Of a stretch of DNA of 64,000 nt, positions 35,661-48,804 are shown piece by piece; the stretch's first letter is position 1; every line of letters starts with the position of its first letter. The translations under genes were made by a program, and so were the position numbers. Below the pieces are notes generated by a model, which ran no database searches, was not told where the DNA came from, and saw only the letters and a list, made by a program, of their open reading frames with translations. The DNA is taken from contig QPMI01000493.1 in NCBI GenBank assembly GCA_004431415.1, positions 181,731 through 245,730 of the forward strand. Reading direction: 5' to 3'. Origin of the DNA: Cyanophora paradoxa CCMP329. Its lineage: Eukaryota > Plantae > Glaucophyta.

Positions 35661-35786
35661 TTTATTATGGGATCTCAGCACTGGTAACTAATGTGCTTTG
35701 CCAATAATTGAATGCTCCTAACTAGAGGGCGCTCGAAGGTGAGATCTAAATCTTTAATGTGCTGTGCACGTTTCAATCCGAGGTTC

Positions 35787-38700
35787 CTACTGACGGAGGC
35801 GGGCAAAGAAGAGGGTCGCCGCCGCCGCGAGGGTCGCCGCCAGCGCGGACGCGGCGAGCTGGAGGCCCGCCGAGAAATAGGGGACACCGAGAGCGGAACT
35901 GTCGGCCAGCAGCGCAAACTGTAACATCGCAGTCAGTTGCAGTCTTCACATCTTTAAATTTGTGGAAAGTTCTGTTTTCAATTATAGTTGGGATCGCGGA
36001 GACGCGTGCACGGACCGCGGTGAGGTGGTTGCACGTGGCCGTGTACGTCCCGCTGCGTGTGCTCGACTGGCTCACGGCGCTGCACCCGTCCGTCTTCCAC
36101 GAGCCGTCGGCGTCCAGCCAGCGGAGGGCGACGCCCTGGCCGGTGGAGAGGGAGCCCGTGGCGGGGATCTCGAACTGGATGCCGCCGGGGAACTGGGTGA
36201 TCTGGCCGGCGAGGGACGCCGCCGTGACCTCGATGATAGAGGAGAGGAACGTGTAGCCCGCGGGCGGCTTGACGAGGGAAGTCGCCAGCTCGGAGACAGA
36301 GGCCTGAAGTCGACGCCAGAGCCGCTCGAGTTAGCGTTGTTTTAATTATAATTTATGAATACGCGAAAGCCACGAACCTGGAAGTCAGCGCCGCCATTGG
36401 CGTTCGCGGGGAAGGTGATCTGAGGACAAGCCTTAGCTTCGAATTCTTCCCGGCTAACAAGCAGCGTTTCTAGATTCAACAGGCGTCCGATTTACATCTA
36501 GAATTTAATTGATGGCGAGTTAACGTTGGGGTGGAGCGCGCGCGCAACGCACCACGGCATCGCGAGTCGCGCCCGCCGAGCGGAAGGTGAGCGCACGGGT
36601 GCTCGAGCAGACCTTGAAGTTCCTGGGGCCGGCGTCGCTCGCGGCGCGGCTCGGGTCCTGGTCGCCGCAGGCCGTGTTGCCGCTCAGTGTGATCTGGGGC
36701 GAACGTAGCGAGGAACGGTCACGATCATGATCAGGCTCGGCCGGCGCCTGCAAAAAGCGATTTCGATTTACCTTCGCGGACACGTCGGCGAGAGCTTTCT
36801 GAGTTTCCTGGCGGACGCTTGCAGCCGCGGCGGAGTTGGGCGGAAGGGCCGCGACGAGGCCGGCGAGACTCTGCTGAAGAGCCTGCATGTACCAGAGCGC
36901 GCACGCGTGCGTGTCAGTTCGATTTGGCGAAGAATGATCGCATGCCGAGATTCACGTAGCTATTGCCCGGCGCCGGCCCGCTGTTGACGTCTATAGCGAG
37001 TTCATCGGTTTTCGTGATTGATTATATATGTCTGGCCACAATTAAACTAAATTGATAGCAGCTATTGCATTGCGCAAGAAAAAGCTCGAAAGCGAAGTGA
37101 ACTCACCGCAGCATTCACGCCAGGTGTGGTGGCCAGGTTCTGAGTGCACCACCAAAGATCAATTAATGCGGAGATGGATTTCGAAGGACCGGACCCTTCC
37201 CAGCTGTATATTAGCCTTTTGTGTCCTAATTATACTGTGAGCGCGCAAGTGCCGCAGTGCCGCACACAATAAGCCGTTGAATAGCTAGATCTTAGATCTT
37301 AAGCGCATGCATATGCGCAACAAGCTTAAGAAATAAAAGCGGACCGGATTCTCCTTGATAACCTTGAGCAGGAGCTGCGTTCCCTGAAGCGCTGATGCCT
37401 CCTGCGGGGCGCAAGTAAACATAAGAATTCGAATAGCGATTGAAGAACCGTCGCGATCGGATCATCGGATGGGGGATAAATATTGGACGCACCGAAAGGG
37501 CGCCGGTCTTCGTCGCGACGGGCGCGACCGAAGAGAAGAAGTTGACGAGGGCGCCGGCGGTCTGATAAATAAACGAGATCCCTCAGCACAAAATTTAAGG
37601 GCGCGATTCTTCATTAATTTCAGCTTTTGAATTCGTTTGCGGGCGCACGGCAGGGTCCTTGAGATCGACGCCGGACTTGGCCGCCTCCGTCGTGACGGTC
37701 TGCGCGTGCAATTAATTAAGCTATAAGCTGCCATTGATTACGTATTAATTAATGTAACTGTTTAAAGCTGCTTTAAGCTTTAATTAATTTGTAATTAATG
37801 TAATTGATAAATACGTAGAACTCCATTAAATCTGTGTCAACGTTGGCGCGAATGGCAGACCGTCATGGCGGTGGAGAGGGCGCCGGAGAGCTTGGCGAGC
37901 AGGTCGGCGTTCGTCTGGCGGAGGCCGCGGCGGAGGGCGGTGCCCGTGGCCTGGGAGTAGTAGGTCTTGAGCGACTCGATGTTCGCGAGGATCTTGGCTA
38001 TCTTGTCCTTGAACGACATTGAGGTGTCCTAAGTGCCCGTGCATGTGCAACGTAGCGAGTCAGAAAGGAGGCTTTGCACCCAAACAATATCAGTAGACAT
38101 ACAGCAGTAATTTCTTCCATCTGCTTGTTGAAGGTGGCGAGCATATCCTGTCCACAAGAATCAGTTACGAAGTGCATGCGCGTTGGGACTGGATTTTTCA
38201 AAGAAACAGAGAGCTCGAGACGCACATCGAACTGGGCCGCGGCGGGCTTGGACGCGTCGACGGTGGGCGTGACAATGACCGCGTTGGGGATGGCGAAATT
38301 CGTCGAGAGGCCGTTCGCGTCCTTCACCTTGACGGTGAGCGACGAGGAAACCGACCCGCCGGTGCTCTGCGAAAACGTGCACGTGTTAGAAAACAGCATT
38401 GCCGACCGGCGGCCGGTGGAGTCGATATCGGCGCGCTTACAGAGGGGAAGAAGAACCCGAAGGTCGCATCGGGCGAGTCGCGCGCCAGATCGCTCGAGTA
38501 GCCCGTGCCAGACACGGTGTAGCTGCGCACGCCCAAGATTCAGACAGGTTTTAGAGGTACACGTGTTTCTTTGTTGTTTTAGCTTTGCACGAGGCCTATA
38601 TATAGAATGCGATCGCGAGCGCATAAAAACATCGCACGTGAGAGGGAAGGCGCTTGCGCCCCAGCCCGTGCATGTCACCTGTACATTTCCGTCAGACAAA

Positions 38701-40771
38701 TGTGACCACGCGTTTTATATACACGTGGTCGCGGATCCTCGAAAAAGCGGCCGTAGCGGTTAATTCCGTGTAAGTGCGCACTGTTAGCTTGTCGACGACG
38801 GCCTTGAGGGTGGCGGGCGAGGCGGTGCACGAGCCGCCGCTGGGCGGGCTGCCGGCCGAGACCTTCGGGGGCTCGCCGGAAGGGCTGGGCACGGGCGCCG
38901 GCGCCGGCGTGGGTGCGGTTGAGCTCGAGCCGCCAGTGGCACCGCCGTTACCGGTGCCGGTGCTGTTGTTCGAGCCCGAGCTCGAGGGCGCGGAGATCGG
39001 AGTCGGTGTCGCGTCGAGGCTCGAGGTGCCGGGCGCGGGAGCGGGGATCGGCGAAGGGGAAGGCGACGCAGAAGGGGACGGAGAAGGTGACGGAGTGGGG
39101 GTGGGGTTCAGGTAAGCGTGGCAGGCCGCGACGGACTCCCGGATTTCGAGCTTGACGTAATCGATCGCGATCTTTTGGTCCGCCGTAGCGCCGGCCCCTG
39201 CTTGCGATAGATCATTATGCCAGCATTTCATATAAAAATTGCAAATCTTAAGCTGTTAATGGTGAATCGCCCTAGCTTGAGAGCTCGAGGTTGGTTGGGA
39301 TATCGAGACAATCAAAACAAATGTTTTGATGACGGACCGTACGGGAAGAGCCAAAGCGACCACCTGCCCCAGATCTGGCCAGGATATTGTACCTGGTTAC
39401 TTGAGCCTAAGACCAGTTTGACGTAGCCTACGCCGTAGCCGCGGAGGCCGCCCTTCACGCCGGTGTAAGTCTCAGTGTACACAGTAGTCACATTGTCCGC
39501 TGTCGCATTCACGGTGTCGTCTATCACTCCGAAGTCCGCCCCTAATTTCCTGAATCTGGGAAATATATCACGCGTTCGTCAGTTCCAGCTGATTATTTGA
39601 TCACTAGATTGCAAGCTCGCGGACTCACGTAATCGGGCTGTCCTTTGTCGCTGACGTGAGGTCGATGGTGCCAAGGACGACAGGCTCCCTGGGGACGAGG
39701 TAATCCGACGTGTACGGGTTCCGTGAGTCATCTGCATTGTCGTATACATTCAATTGTTGATTCATTCTGCCCTGGAATAAGACGTCGATCTTCAAGTCCG
39801 TGTTGTCGTTGCCGGTATCCCGCCCCGCCTTGATCTCCTGAGATTCCATGGTGATTAGAACGAATCGCTTCGAATTCGTTTACTTTCCAGGAATCAAAAC
39901 CGTAAACGCACGACATCACAAATGAATGCTACCGGTTCGGGTTGAGGGAAGTCGTACCGGCACGGCGGTTTGTTGCCCGTATTCAGGCGTGTATAGTCAA
40001 ACGTATTTCCTTGCGTGTTGTACGTCGACAGGCAGTTCTTAGCGCCGGTTAGGGTGTTCACACTAAGGTAGTGATTGGCCGCCGGTCCGATCTTGGGGGC
40101 ATTGGCAGTCGTGAAGTCGAATCTAATCCAGCCGAGGTTGGCACCACTTTGCGTGCCCGCTAGCTTTGTGTAGTTCTTCGTCGCCGTCGTGCTCCTGCGC
40201 AGCGTCCACGCGCGTGTCAGATTCCATGGCCAGATCGAGATCCGGACCGAATCGCATGCGGACAATGTAATGTGTGTGCCGACGTTGTCCGTTCCAAAAA
40301 GCGTGACTCGCCCGCCATTTGTCCCATCGGGACTTAGTGTTACCTGCGCATCATGATCACGATCATGATCACACGCGTGTGCTTAAGCTTGTCAGTAATT
40401 TATAAGCGTGCGTATAGTGCGGTAGCTAGATCCAGAGGTGTCTTGAACATTCATAATTAATCCGCTGAGCGCTGTAGCGTCCGCTTATCATCATGGCATA
40501 TTAATTATGCGTATGTGTGCCAAGCTTAAGTAGAACTTCGGAAACGACTGAACAGCTGCAGGCGCCACGCACGCACCGGAAGTGAGCCGTTCCCGATCTG
40601 CTGGACGGTGGCGTCGGGAATGAAACCAGGGTTAGGCACATATCCGCCGGTGCGGCCGGCTTCCGCATCGAACAGGCCGTCCCACTTCAGCTCAACCGCA
40701 GAGACGATGTGCCCGGCGAGCAACACAACGGCAGCGAGGGCGAGCGAGATCCTAGGCCTCGGCATCGGCAT
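35787..40771 (-). CDS. Large secreted/cell-surface protein with Pro/Ser-rich stalk and hydrophobic C-terminus (GPI or TM anchor-like), multi-exon
   Basis: Signal peptide-like MPRPRISLALAAVVLLAGHIVSA; Thr/Asn/Gly-rich exons; PTPTPSPSPSPSASPSPSP linker near 39050-39110; last exon ...SAGLQLAASALAATLAAAATLFFARLRQ-stop (35787-35789). Internal exon structure is approximate. Confidence 0.7.
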
Positions 40772-41422
40772 AAATGCAGGCCGCGCGCGTATGGCTCAGG
40801 CAGCTGCAGTCCGACGTACGACGGTACCGGTCGCGCAGACTCGCCGAGTCGCGCAGACTCGCGCTTATTAGCCTCAGGGCCTGCAGCTACTAGGCTACTC
40901 CGAGCCTACTAGGCTACTCGCGGCTAGACTCTGAGAATTCGAAGCTGGGTGTCAAGCTACCGTCACGGCGTACGTAGTACGTACTAGGCTACAATTCCCT
41001 ACAAAGTAACACTGTCTCTGAGTCAAATACCGTATACTAGTCATCACTGACTCATCAGCCTGAGTGTCCGGTCCGACGCTCAGCGGCTGACGTCGACCAT
41101 CCGATCATCGGACCATGACGCGCACCCGCGTCAGGACTGGTGGCAGGTCCGGTCCCCATAACTCATTCAGAAATTTACTCAAGAATCAGCCGGCCGTCGA
41201 TCGCGACATCCGTGACGGTCCGTCACGTCAGATCAGCCTGGCAGGCGCCCACATGCAATGGCCGCCGGGCATGCAATGGCAGCCGCAATGCTGCCATACT
41301 ACTATGATACTAGTAGCCTGCCAATGCAGCAGCATTGTCGCCGGCCGCGCGCGCGCGCGCGCGCCGCGGCGGCGGCGGCGCCAGCTGGCAGCCTGCCACT
41401 CGAACTCCCTATAATGTACCCC

Positions 41423-41489
41423 CCGCCACAGTTCTGAAGTTCGTTTTTTTCCACGAAAAACGAAAAAACGAACTTCAGAACTGTGGCGG
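41423..41489. repeat. Perfect inverted repeat, ~27-bp arms
   Basis: ccgccacagttctgaagttcgtttttt ... aaaaaacgaacttcagaactgtggcgg. Confidence 0.9.
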
Positions 41490-42122
41490 AAAATCAGGAA
41501 ACCTGGACTCCGAAACCATGATTCAGGAAAATCAAACTATTTCCAAGATTCTGGCTAAGAAACTAATGTAAACGTTTTTTTCGCCAGAACTCGAAAATCC
41601 TTGCGAAAACTAATTAATCCGCCAGCGTCTTATAAATTGATTTCGCCACCCCACGACTTCGACTTCGCCATAGACGAGTCAGCTGCTCGCGATCGTACCC
41701 CTCTCTCCATTCGAAAGCTCAATATCAATTCGCCAGCGTCAAATATTCTTCATACGTTTACAGTACTTTAAAAAGAGATACGTACGAGTAGATCGATCAT
41801 TGAAATATTATTTTTCGGTTCGCATTACATATAATTATAATTACGGCGTGTAACTCAGTAAGTTACGGTGTAACACTTACCGCAGTGCTGGTGTCTAGAC
41901 TCTAGAGCTCGAGGCTGTGGCCGGTAAATTGGCGGTAATTAACAAAAACAAACACTTACCGTAGTACTAGGCTTTTTTACTGAGTTATATACAAATGTGA
42001 CGTCGACACTAGCGCGACACTCAGTGACTAGTACTGTGAGTCTGTGAGTCTGTGACATCATTGACATGTACAGCTGCACCGTACGCGTACTGTACAATCA
42101 TTTGAATGTACATGTACTAAGG

Positions 42123-42958
42123 TAGCCTGTAGGACGGCTTGAATTGCCGTGGTGTAAAATTGCCGACTCTGCGACTCGGTGAATTCGCCCAAAACCGGAA
42201 TTGCCGTGGCGATAAATAGCGGAATCCAGATTTTGCTCTTCGGCGGGCTAACAAAATACCTACGCCGGGTACGCCCCAAGCAATTGCCGTGATGCCAAAT
42301 TGCCGAATTCGGCCGCTCGGGCGGCTCGGCAATTTACGGTAATTTAAAACTGCGTACGGCTATAAAAAAAGCCTTATTTACGGCAATTTGGAACTACGGC
42401 TAAAAAGCCGTCCTACGGGGGACTCCTACCGTAGCGGCCGCGGATCATCGCGATCGGATCCCGCCGTCATCCCGGACGTCCGACGGTTGAGTCCGGGTCG
42501 ACGCGTACGGTCTCGGACGGTGGGCCGCCGCCGGCCCGCCGGCCGGGGCCGCCGGCCGGGCGGCGGGGCCGCCGGCCGGGGCCGCCGGCGCGCGCCGGCC
42601 GGACGGCCCGGACGGGGCCGGAGTCGCCGGACCCGGTGACCGTCGGACCGGACTCCCGGGAGTCGCCGGAACTCCCCGGAACCGGAAGTTCCGGAACTAT
42701 ATATATACATAGAGCTGTACTGTAGGACTCGGAATGCTTTTTTAGCCGATGTTTTAAATTGCCGTGTATATATTGCCGAGAGGCCGATTTCGGCAATTAA
42801 AAGCCACGGCAATTCTCAGGGGGTAGGGTCATACGGCGGCTTATGTATGGCGCCATAGAAGAAACCCAGAGTTTCGGCAATTTATCGCCACGGTAATTCC
42901 GGTTTTGGTCGAATTCGGCAATTTAACTACGCGGCAATTTAAGCATTCCTACAGGCTA
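42123..42958. mobile_element. MITE / non-autonomous TIR DNA transposon
   Basis: TAGCCTGTAGGA...TCCTACAGGCTA termini. Inverted similarity extends about 100 bp, with many AATTGCCG/CGGCAATT subterminal repeats and a possible TA target duplication. Confidence 0.8.
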
Positions 42959-44214
42959 CAGTATACAGTATAGGGCCCGCCCTAGGCCTCCTGCATGAAA
43001 GCGGCCCGCCCACCCTCTCCGTAGCTGAGCGCCGCCAGCGCCTGCGCATGCGCGCCGATCGAAGGGGCGCGTCTAAAGGGTACGGGGCGCGGGCCTGGAC
43101 GCATGCGACCTGCCAGGCTGCACGGCCGCGCCGGGCTGGCGGGGTGTACGTGGGCCTGCGATAGGAAGCTCGAGCGGGCGGAGAAGGACGGGCAGGGGCG
43201 GGCGGGGCGCCTGCAGCTGCATGGCTCTTAGGAGTCCCGGGACGAGCCCCGCTTGAATTGCGTTGCGATGGCCCTCCTCAGATCTAGAGAGCCCGCGTGA
43301 GCCCGCGCCCGCCTCAGATCTGGGGCGCGCCCGCGTGAGCCCGCGCCCGCCGGAGAGGTTTGGAAGCCGCACGATCCGCGGGGGGGCGCAGCGCCCGCAG
43401 ACGAGCACATGGAGGCAATGGGCGCGGAGGGCAAGGCGCAGCTGGCCCGCTCATGATCACAAATCCGGTTCACATCTCGACGGGGAGCAAGCTTAAGTAC
43501 TAGTGGGGTTTCCTTCGGATGCTCCGCCCCCTTCGGCTAGATAGATGACCGGTCGGAAGGGCACGTCACGTAGAACATTGATACATGTGCCGTGGTGTAT
43601 CAATGCGACGTCCATTTTTGCAAAAAAAAAAAACTTCGGATGCTCCGCCCCGCCCCCCCGCCCCCCCCCCCCCGCCCCCCCCCCCCCCCGGGCCCCCCCC
43701 CCTCCGGATCCCCCCCCCTGCAATAAAACTTTAAGCAAAAGCCTGAAGTCCTGAAGATCCGCTCGGCGGGCTTATTATAAATAGTAATAGTCTCGGATCC
43801 GATAACTTTTTCTAGTTTTCGCTGGGTTCTCAGTTTTTTTTCTAACGGAACCCAACTTCCTGAGACGGGGACTTCAACGCCCGCGTAACGGCACCAGTTC
43901 CCGGATAGTCCCAAGTCTAAGGACCTCATAGCCCCGACCAGCGCCGCTGAAAGACGCGTCCTAAGCGACCTCGGGATTGCATATCGACATACACTCGCTT
44001 CCGGGCGGTCGCGGAGCGCAGCCTGGGCGCCGAAAATGACGATGAGCACTATACGAAGAGAATTCTCGAGCGGCAGCCCTTAATCTGCTGCAGCAGCTGA
44101 GATCGCCCTCGCCCGTTTGCACGGCCAAAAAAAGGCCGAAAAGACCCAAGCGTACCCCCCTCAACGGCTACGGCTCTACGCCAGCCAGCTTCCCGGCCAG
44201 GCGCGCAATCGAAC

Positions 44215-45368
44215 GCGCCAAGCGTATCGAATGCGCATGCTCGGGGCCCGTCCGGCGAACCTCGCTCTTTGGGCCAGGTGAGCCAGCGGCCCGGCCGGAA
44301 GGCTCTCCCAACGATCTCTGAACTATCCGCCCCCAGATGACCTCCATCGCGCGCGCCCGCAGTCCGCAGGGCGCCCAAGCGCATCGAATGCTCGGGGCCC
44401 GTCCGGCGAACCTCTCTCTTTGGGCCAGGTGAGCTGGCGGCGCGGCCGGAAGGCTCTCCCAACGATCTCTGAACTATCCGCCCCCAGATGACCTCCATCG
44501 CGCGCGCCCGCAGTCCGCAGGGCGCCCAAGCGCATCGAATGCTCGGGGCCCGTCCAACGGGCCTCGCTCTTTGGCCCAGGTGAGCCGGCGGCCCGGCCGG
44601 AAGGCTCTCGCAACGATCTCTGAGCTATCCGCCCGCAGATGTCCTCCGTCGCGCGCGCCCGCTTTCCGCAGGGCGCCCAAGCGCATCGAATGCTCGGGGC
44701 CCGTCCAGCGGGCCTCGCTCTTTGGCCCAGGTGAGCCGGCGGCCCGGCCGGAAGGCTCTCGCAACGATCTCTGAACTATCCGCCCGCAGATGGCCTCCGT
44801 CGCGCGCGCCCGCAGTCCGCAGGGCGCCCAAGCGCATCGATTGCTCGCGGCCCGTCCGGCGGGCCTCGCTCTTTGGGCCAGGTGAGCTGGCGGCGCGGCC
44901 GGAAGGCTCTCGCAACGATCTCTGAGCTATCCGCCCGCAGATGTCCTCCGTCGCGCGCGCCCGCAGTCCGCAGGGCGCCCAAGCGCATCGATTGCTCGCG
45001 GCCCGTCCGGCGGGCCTCGCTCTTTGGGCCAGGTGAGCTGGCGGCGCGGCCGGAAGGCTCTCGCAACGATCTCTGAGCTATCCGCCCGCAGATGTCCTCC
45101 GTCGCGCGCGCCCGCAGTCCGCAGGGCGCCCAAGCGCATCGATTGCTCGCGGCCCGTCCGGCGGGCCTCGCTCTTTGGGCCAGGTGAGCCGGCGGCCCGG
45201 CCGGAAGACTCTCGCAACGGTCTCTGAGCTATCCGTCCGCAGATGGCCTCCGTCGCGCGCGCCCGCAGTCCGCAGGGCGCCCAAGCGCATCGAATGCCCA
45301 GGGCCCGTCCGGCGTGGCCTCGCTCTTTGGGCTAGGTACCGGTGGCTCTCGCCCGCAGTCCGCAGGGC
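44215..45368. repeat. 151-bp tandem repeat, about 7.5 copies
   Basis: Unit gggcgcccaagcgcatcga...cccgcagtccgca recurs every 151 bp; the ORF track shows the same offsets (44323, 44474, 44625, 44776, 44927, 45078). Confidence 0.97.
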
Positions 45369-45899
45369 AGGGCGTCCAATTTTCAAGTCCAATTTGCATG
45401 TACTTTCTGCTATACACGTACATTCTGCGATGCATTATATTATGAGATCGATGCATTCGAATTCCGCCGAGGCTCTCAGAGTCTTTATCTCACACCACTA
45501 TTACTGCCTCCCATGCCTGACTCCGGGAAAGTTCGGCGCGCCACCTGACTCCGGGTTAATCCCCCCTTATACCCCCTAATAGCTTGCCTCCACACAGCCC
45601 CCGCCGAGAGCATCTCGGGTCCTGGTTCTCGTTTGTTCAGTCGCAATCGTTTTTTGGTGAATTGCCGGGCGTGGGGCACCAACCACCCGCGGGGGCTTAC
45701 TCGAGGCCCCCCCCCCCCCCCCCCCCTCCCCTCCTTCTCACTCCTGACGTCTCTCTGTTGACGTCGTGTATTCAGTCCTGCCATCCAGCTATGACATGAT
45801 ATGACATAGCTAGAGCGGAATCAGCAGCAAGACCGAGCATACGTAACTCGTACTAAGCTAGCATCTAAATTCGAAAGAGAACTCGAAATAATGACACGT

Positions 45900-47871
45900 C
45901 CATCTATTCCTTTGACACGCATTGATACGCCACGTACGTATCTTGACTACATGGCGGCCAACCCGAATGCATATACGCAGACAAGGCTCGCGAGAAGCAT
46001 GCCGAGTGCAGTGGGAACGAGAAATGCAGCGCTGGATTTCTGCCCGAAACAGATAAGGGTCAACGTTGAAGGGCATACAAAAGCTTGCGCCTTAGCAATC
46101 TCCATTGACTTCTAAAAGGCTTGCTAATTATAACGATCGAGGCCCGACGCGACAACTGACCTGCAGCTGTGGCACGCTCGAGGAGATGATGCTCCACTCC
46201 CACGCGACGACGTTCAGGACCGCGTCGGTGGAACCTGCACCGCGCGCGAGACCTCTCGTCGGCCACGGCAGAGCCTAGCGCTGTCCGGCGCGGGGCGGCC
46301 GCGGGTGGCGCACCGTCCGCCTGGTCGATCACGGCGCCATACGAGTCGACAGACGCGAGGACGTTGCGGCGCGAGGCGGACTTCCGGGATCCGCAAGGGA
46401 CGCGTGTAAGCGGCACCGCTGCGGCGCGCGCAATCAGATGTCGACCGCCGGACACGCAGGCCACACGCCTCTTTTTACAGAACGTGCGCACAAAAGCAGA
46501 GGCCGGAAGGCGTGGTCATAGTGTTCGAGAGGCAGTTGGCGTCGTCGATGCGAATGTTCGTCGCGTCGATGGAGCACTGTTTGGTCTCCCCAGCTGCGTC
46601 AACGTCCCCAATACGAACCTGTGCGAAATGACATAAATTAGCCATGACTTATGTGACCGTCGGACGTGCTGAGACTGCCCGCGCTCGAACACACCCTGGT
46701 GGGCGGGGCAGAGAAATTGCCCGCAATAAAGACGTTGCCCGATCCGCTCAGCCTTTGCGTCAACGTGTACGTATAAATGGCCTTGGTTCCGTTGAGCTTG
46801 CTAGCAGAAGGCGTACACAGGCGCCGCGTGCCGGCTTCATTCAGGTTGGTACATGTGATGCCCGCAGCTGCTGCATTAAAATCGCCAGCTGCACCGTGAC
46901 GTATGTAAGGCGAAGGAGAGAGTAACAAGTCACAATGGCCATGGGGTTATAATTACCGCGCGGCCAAATCACGGCCTGGAGCATATGCATGCGAAGAAAT
47001 AAAGGTCTCGAAGTTAGCGCCAGCTCTGCCGTGGGCATTCAAATATAGAAAACTGAATTCGCACGTTTCGGTAGATGAACTGATTGTCATCACTGGTCGA
47101 AATAACGATTGGGTACGCAGTGGCCAGCTGCAAGGGTGTGTAGTTCTGCAGAAGGCTGCGGGCGTTTGCCGCCGGGCCGCCGCGTGGGCTCGACGGGATT
47201 GCTGTCACGGACACGGGCTTGTCAGCCTTTCAAGCTTTGTCTGCTCGAATGCGCAAATGGCCGCAGGCGCCGCTCACCGAAGCAGAGTTGGGCCGCGGAA
47301 GTAACGTTCTCGTTCAACGTCGGGACGTCGACGGTCCACGCGGTCAGGTTGAGCGCCTGTACGTCCGTCTGCACGGCACCGCGCGCGTCGACGGCCGCCA
47401 CAGAGACCTGTGGACGAAGGCGGCGTAAGGGCCTGCGGTTGGTACCCGCGAGCTTCGAATCCGAATTCGAATTCGAATTCGATGCACGGCGCACTTGTGG
47501 GACCTCGCCGAACGTGCCGTTGATGCACACATTCTGGCTCGCCGCGTTCATCGCGCCTGGTACGGTGAACATCGATCATCGATATCATCGGCGTGTGCAA
47601 TGTAATAAAAGGATTTGATGTTTGGGCAAAAGAAATTTAAAGCGCACCGTTCTTGTTAATGACGAAGGAGCTCAGAGTAGATGCAAGTATCATCGTGCCG
47701 TCCGGCAGCTCCGTACCCCCAGGAACGTCTGGTAGCGTTCCGCCGGCTGATCACCGGACCGCGAGAAATCGAGCATATTGTCGGATGAGAGGATTCCCAC
47801 CCGGTGCAGCGTCCGTGCGGTCACGCACGGGCTGGGGCTGTAGCTGGGAGCACAAGTGGTCTATTCACAAG
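45900..47871 (-). pseudogene. 3' portion of a multi-exon, probably extracellular protein gene interrupted by the Gypsy insertion
   Basis: Protein-like exons rich in Thr/Asn/Cys with N-x-T/S sequons (NGT, NLT, NVT, NYT, NFS), short GT-AG introns, and an abrupt end at 47871. The lower boundary is uncertain. Confidence 0.45.
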
Positions 47872-48034
47872 TGTACCCGTCCAGGGATCGCGTACCCCCA
47901 AACGGAGTCGCGCCCGGCGCTAAGTCAGAATACAGAGAGTGCTAGAGCTAGCTGCTCGATAGCACTAGACTAGGGCTAGCGGCTACGCATAGACTGCCGG
48001 CTAGCCTAATCCGAGGGAATCGCGGCACGCGACA
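47872..48034 (-). repeat. Candidate short 3' LTR
   Basis: TG...CA ends with an adjacent purine tract. The 5' LTR is outside the window, so this cannot be confirmed. Confidence 0.4.
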
Positions 48035-48804
48035 ACTCCTCACTCTGCATACGGTGCGTCCTCGCACCGGACCGCGCCAAGCCGAACGTCGAGTCTGCAT
48101 GCTCGACGGGGCGTCCACCCCACCGCCGGGGTGTGCACCAACCACGGCAGCGACAGGGCGGCGGCGAGTGAACTCCTCTCGAAGTAGAATGTCCGTCGTC
48201 AGCAACCAGATATGCCAGGTAGCATAGCTCGCGACCGAAATAGGAGCCGATACCAGCATAGTGCATGTACCTAGGCAACCCCAGGCCAAGCTCGAAAGAT
48301 GGAAAAGCATAGAACTCGAAACCCCCAAAAGCTGGCCCAAACTCGCTCCAACGGCGAGAGCCGAAGGAGAGTGGCACGGATGGGAAGTTTCACCGCCTCG
48401 GGAAGAAACCAGCGAGGAGGTATCCGGGCCGCCCATCAGGCCCAACGAAAGGATAGGGCACGACTGAGTGCACCCCCAGCCAGCAACCTCGAGCCCCTCA
48501 CGGACCCGCAGGCACCCGGGAGGCCTACACCCAGCCACTCTCCACGAGCGACGGGCCAGATCCCAGAAAATGGAACGAAAGGCCCAGATGGCGCCCCGTG
48601 ATTGGCCACCAGCCAACCCACGTCCCACCTCGGAAGCCAGGGCTGAGGCAAAGCGGGCAAAGAAATCTGCCCCACGGCGCAAGCACAGCGATCGCAAAGG
48701 GAACAGCAATGGGACGAGCTTCTCACAGGTCGTCGACCAAAATCGCGTCATCCATCTCAACCTCGTCGCCCTCGGCAGCCCGCTCGGGGCCCTCGGCGTC
48801 GACG

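Noticed and set aside
44215-45368. CRISPR array
   Set aside because: Units are contiguous near-identical 151-mers with no unique spacers; no cas genes; eukaryotic context.
48050-48800. Chromodomain or env gene after the integrase
   Set aside because: No aromatic-cage chromodomain motif and no signal peptide/TM ORF could be recognised.
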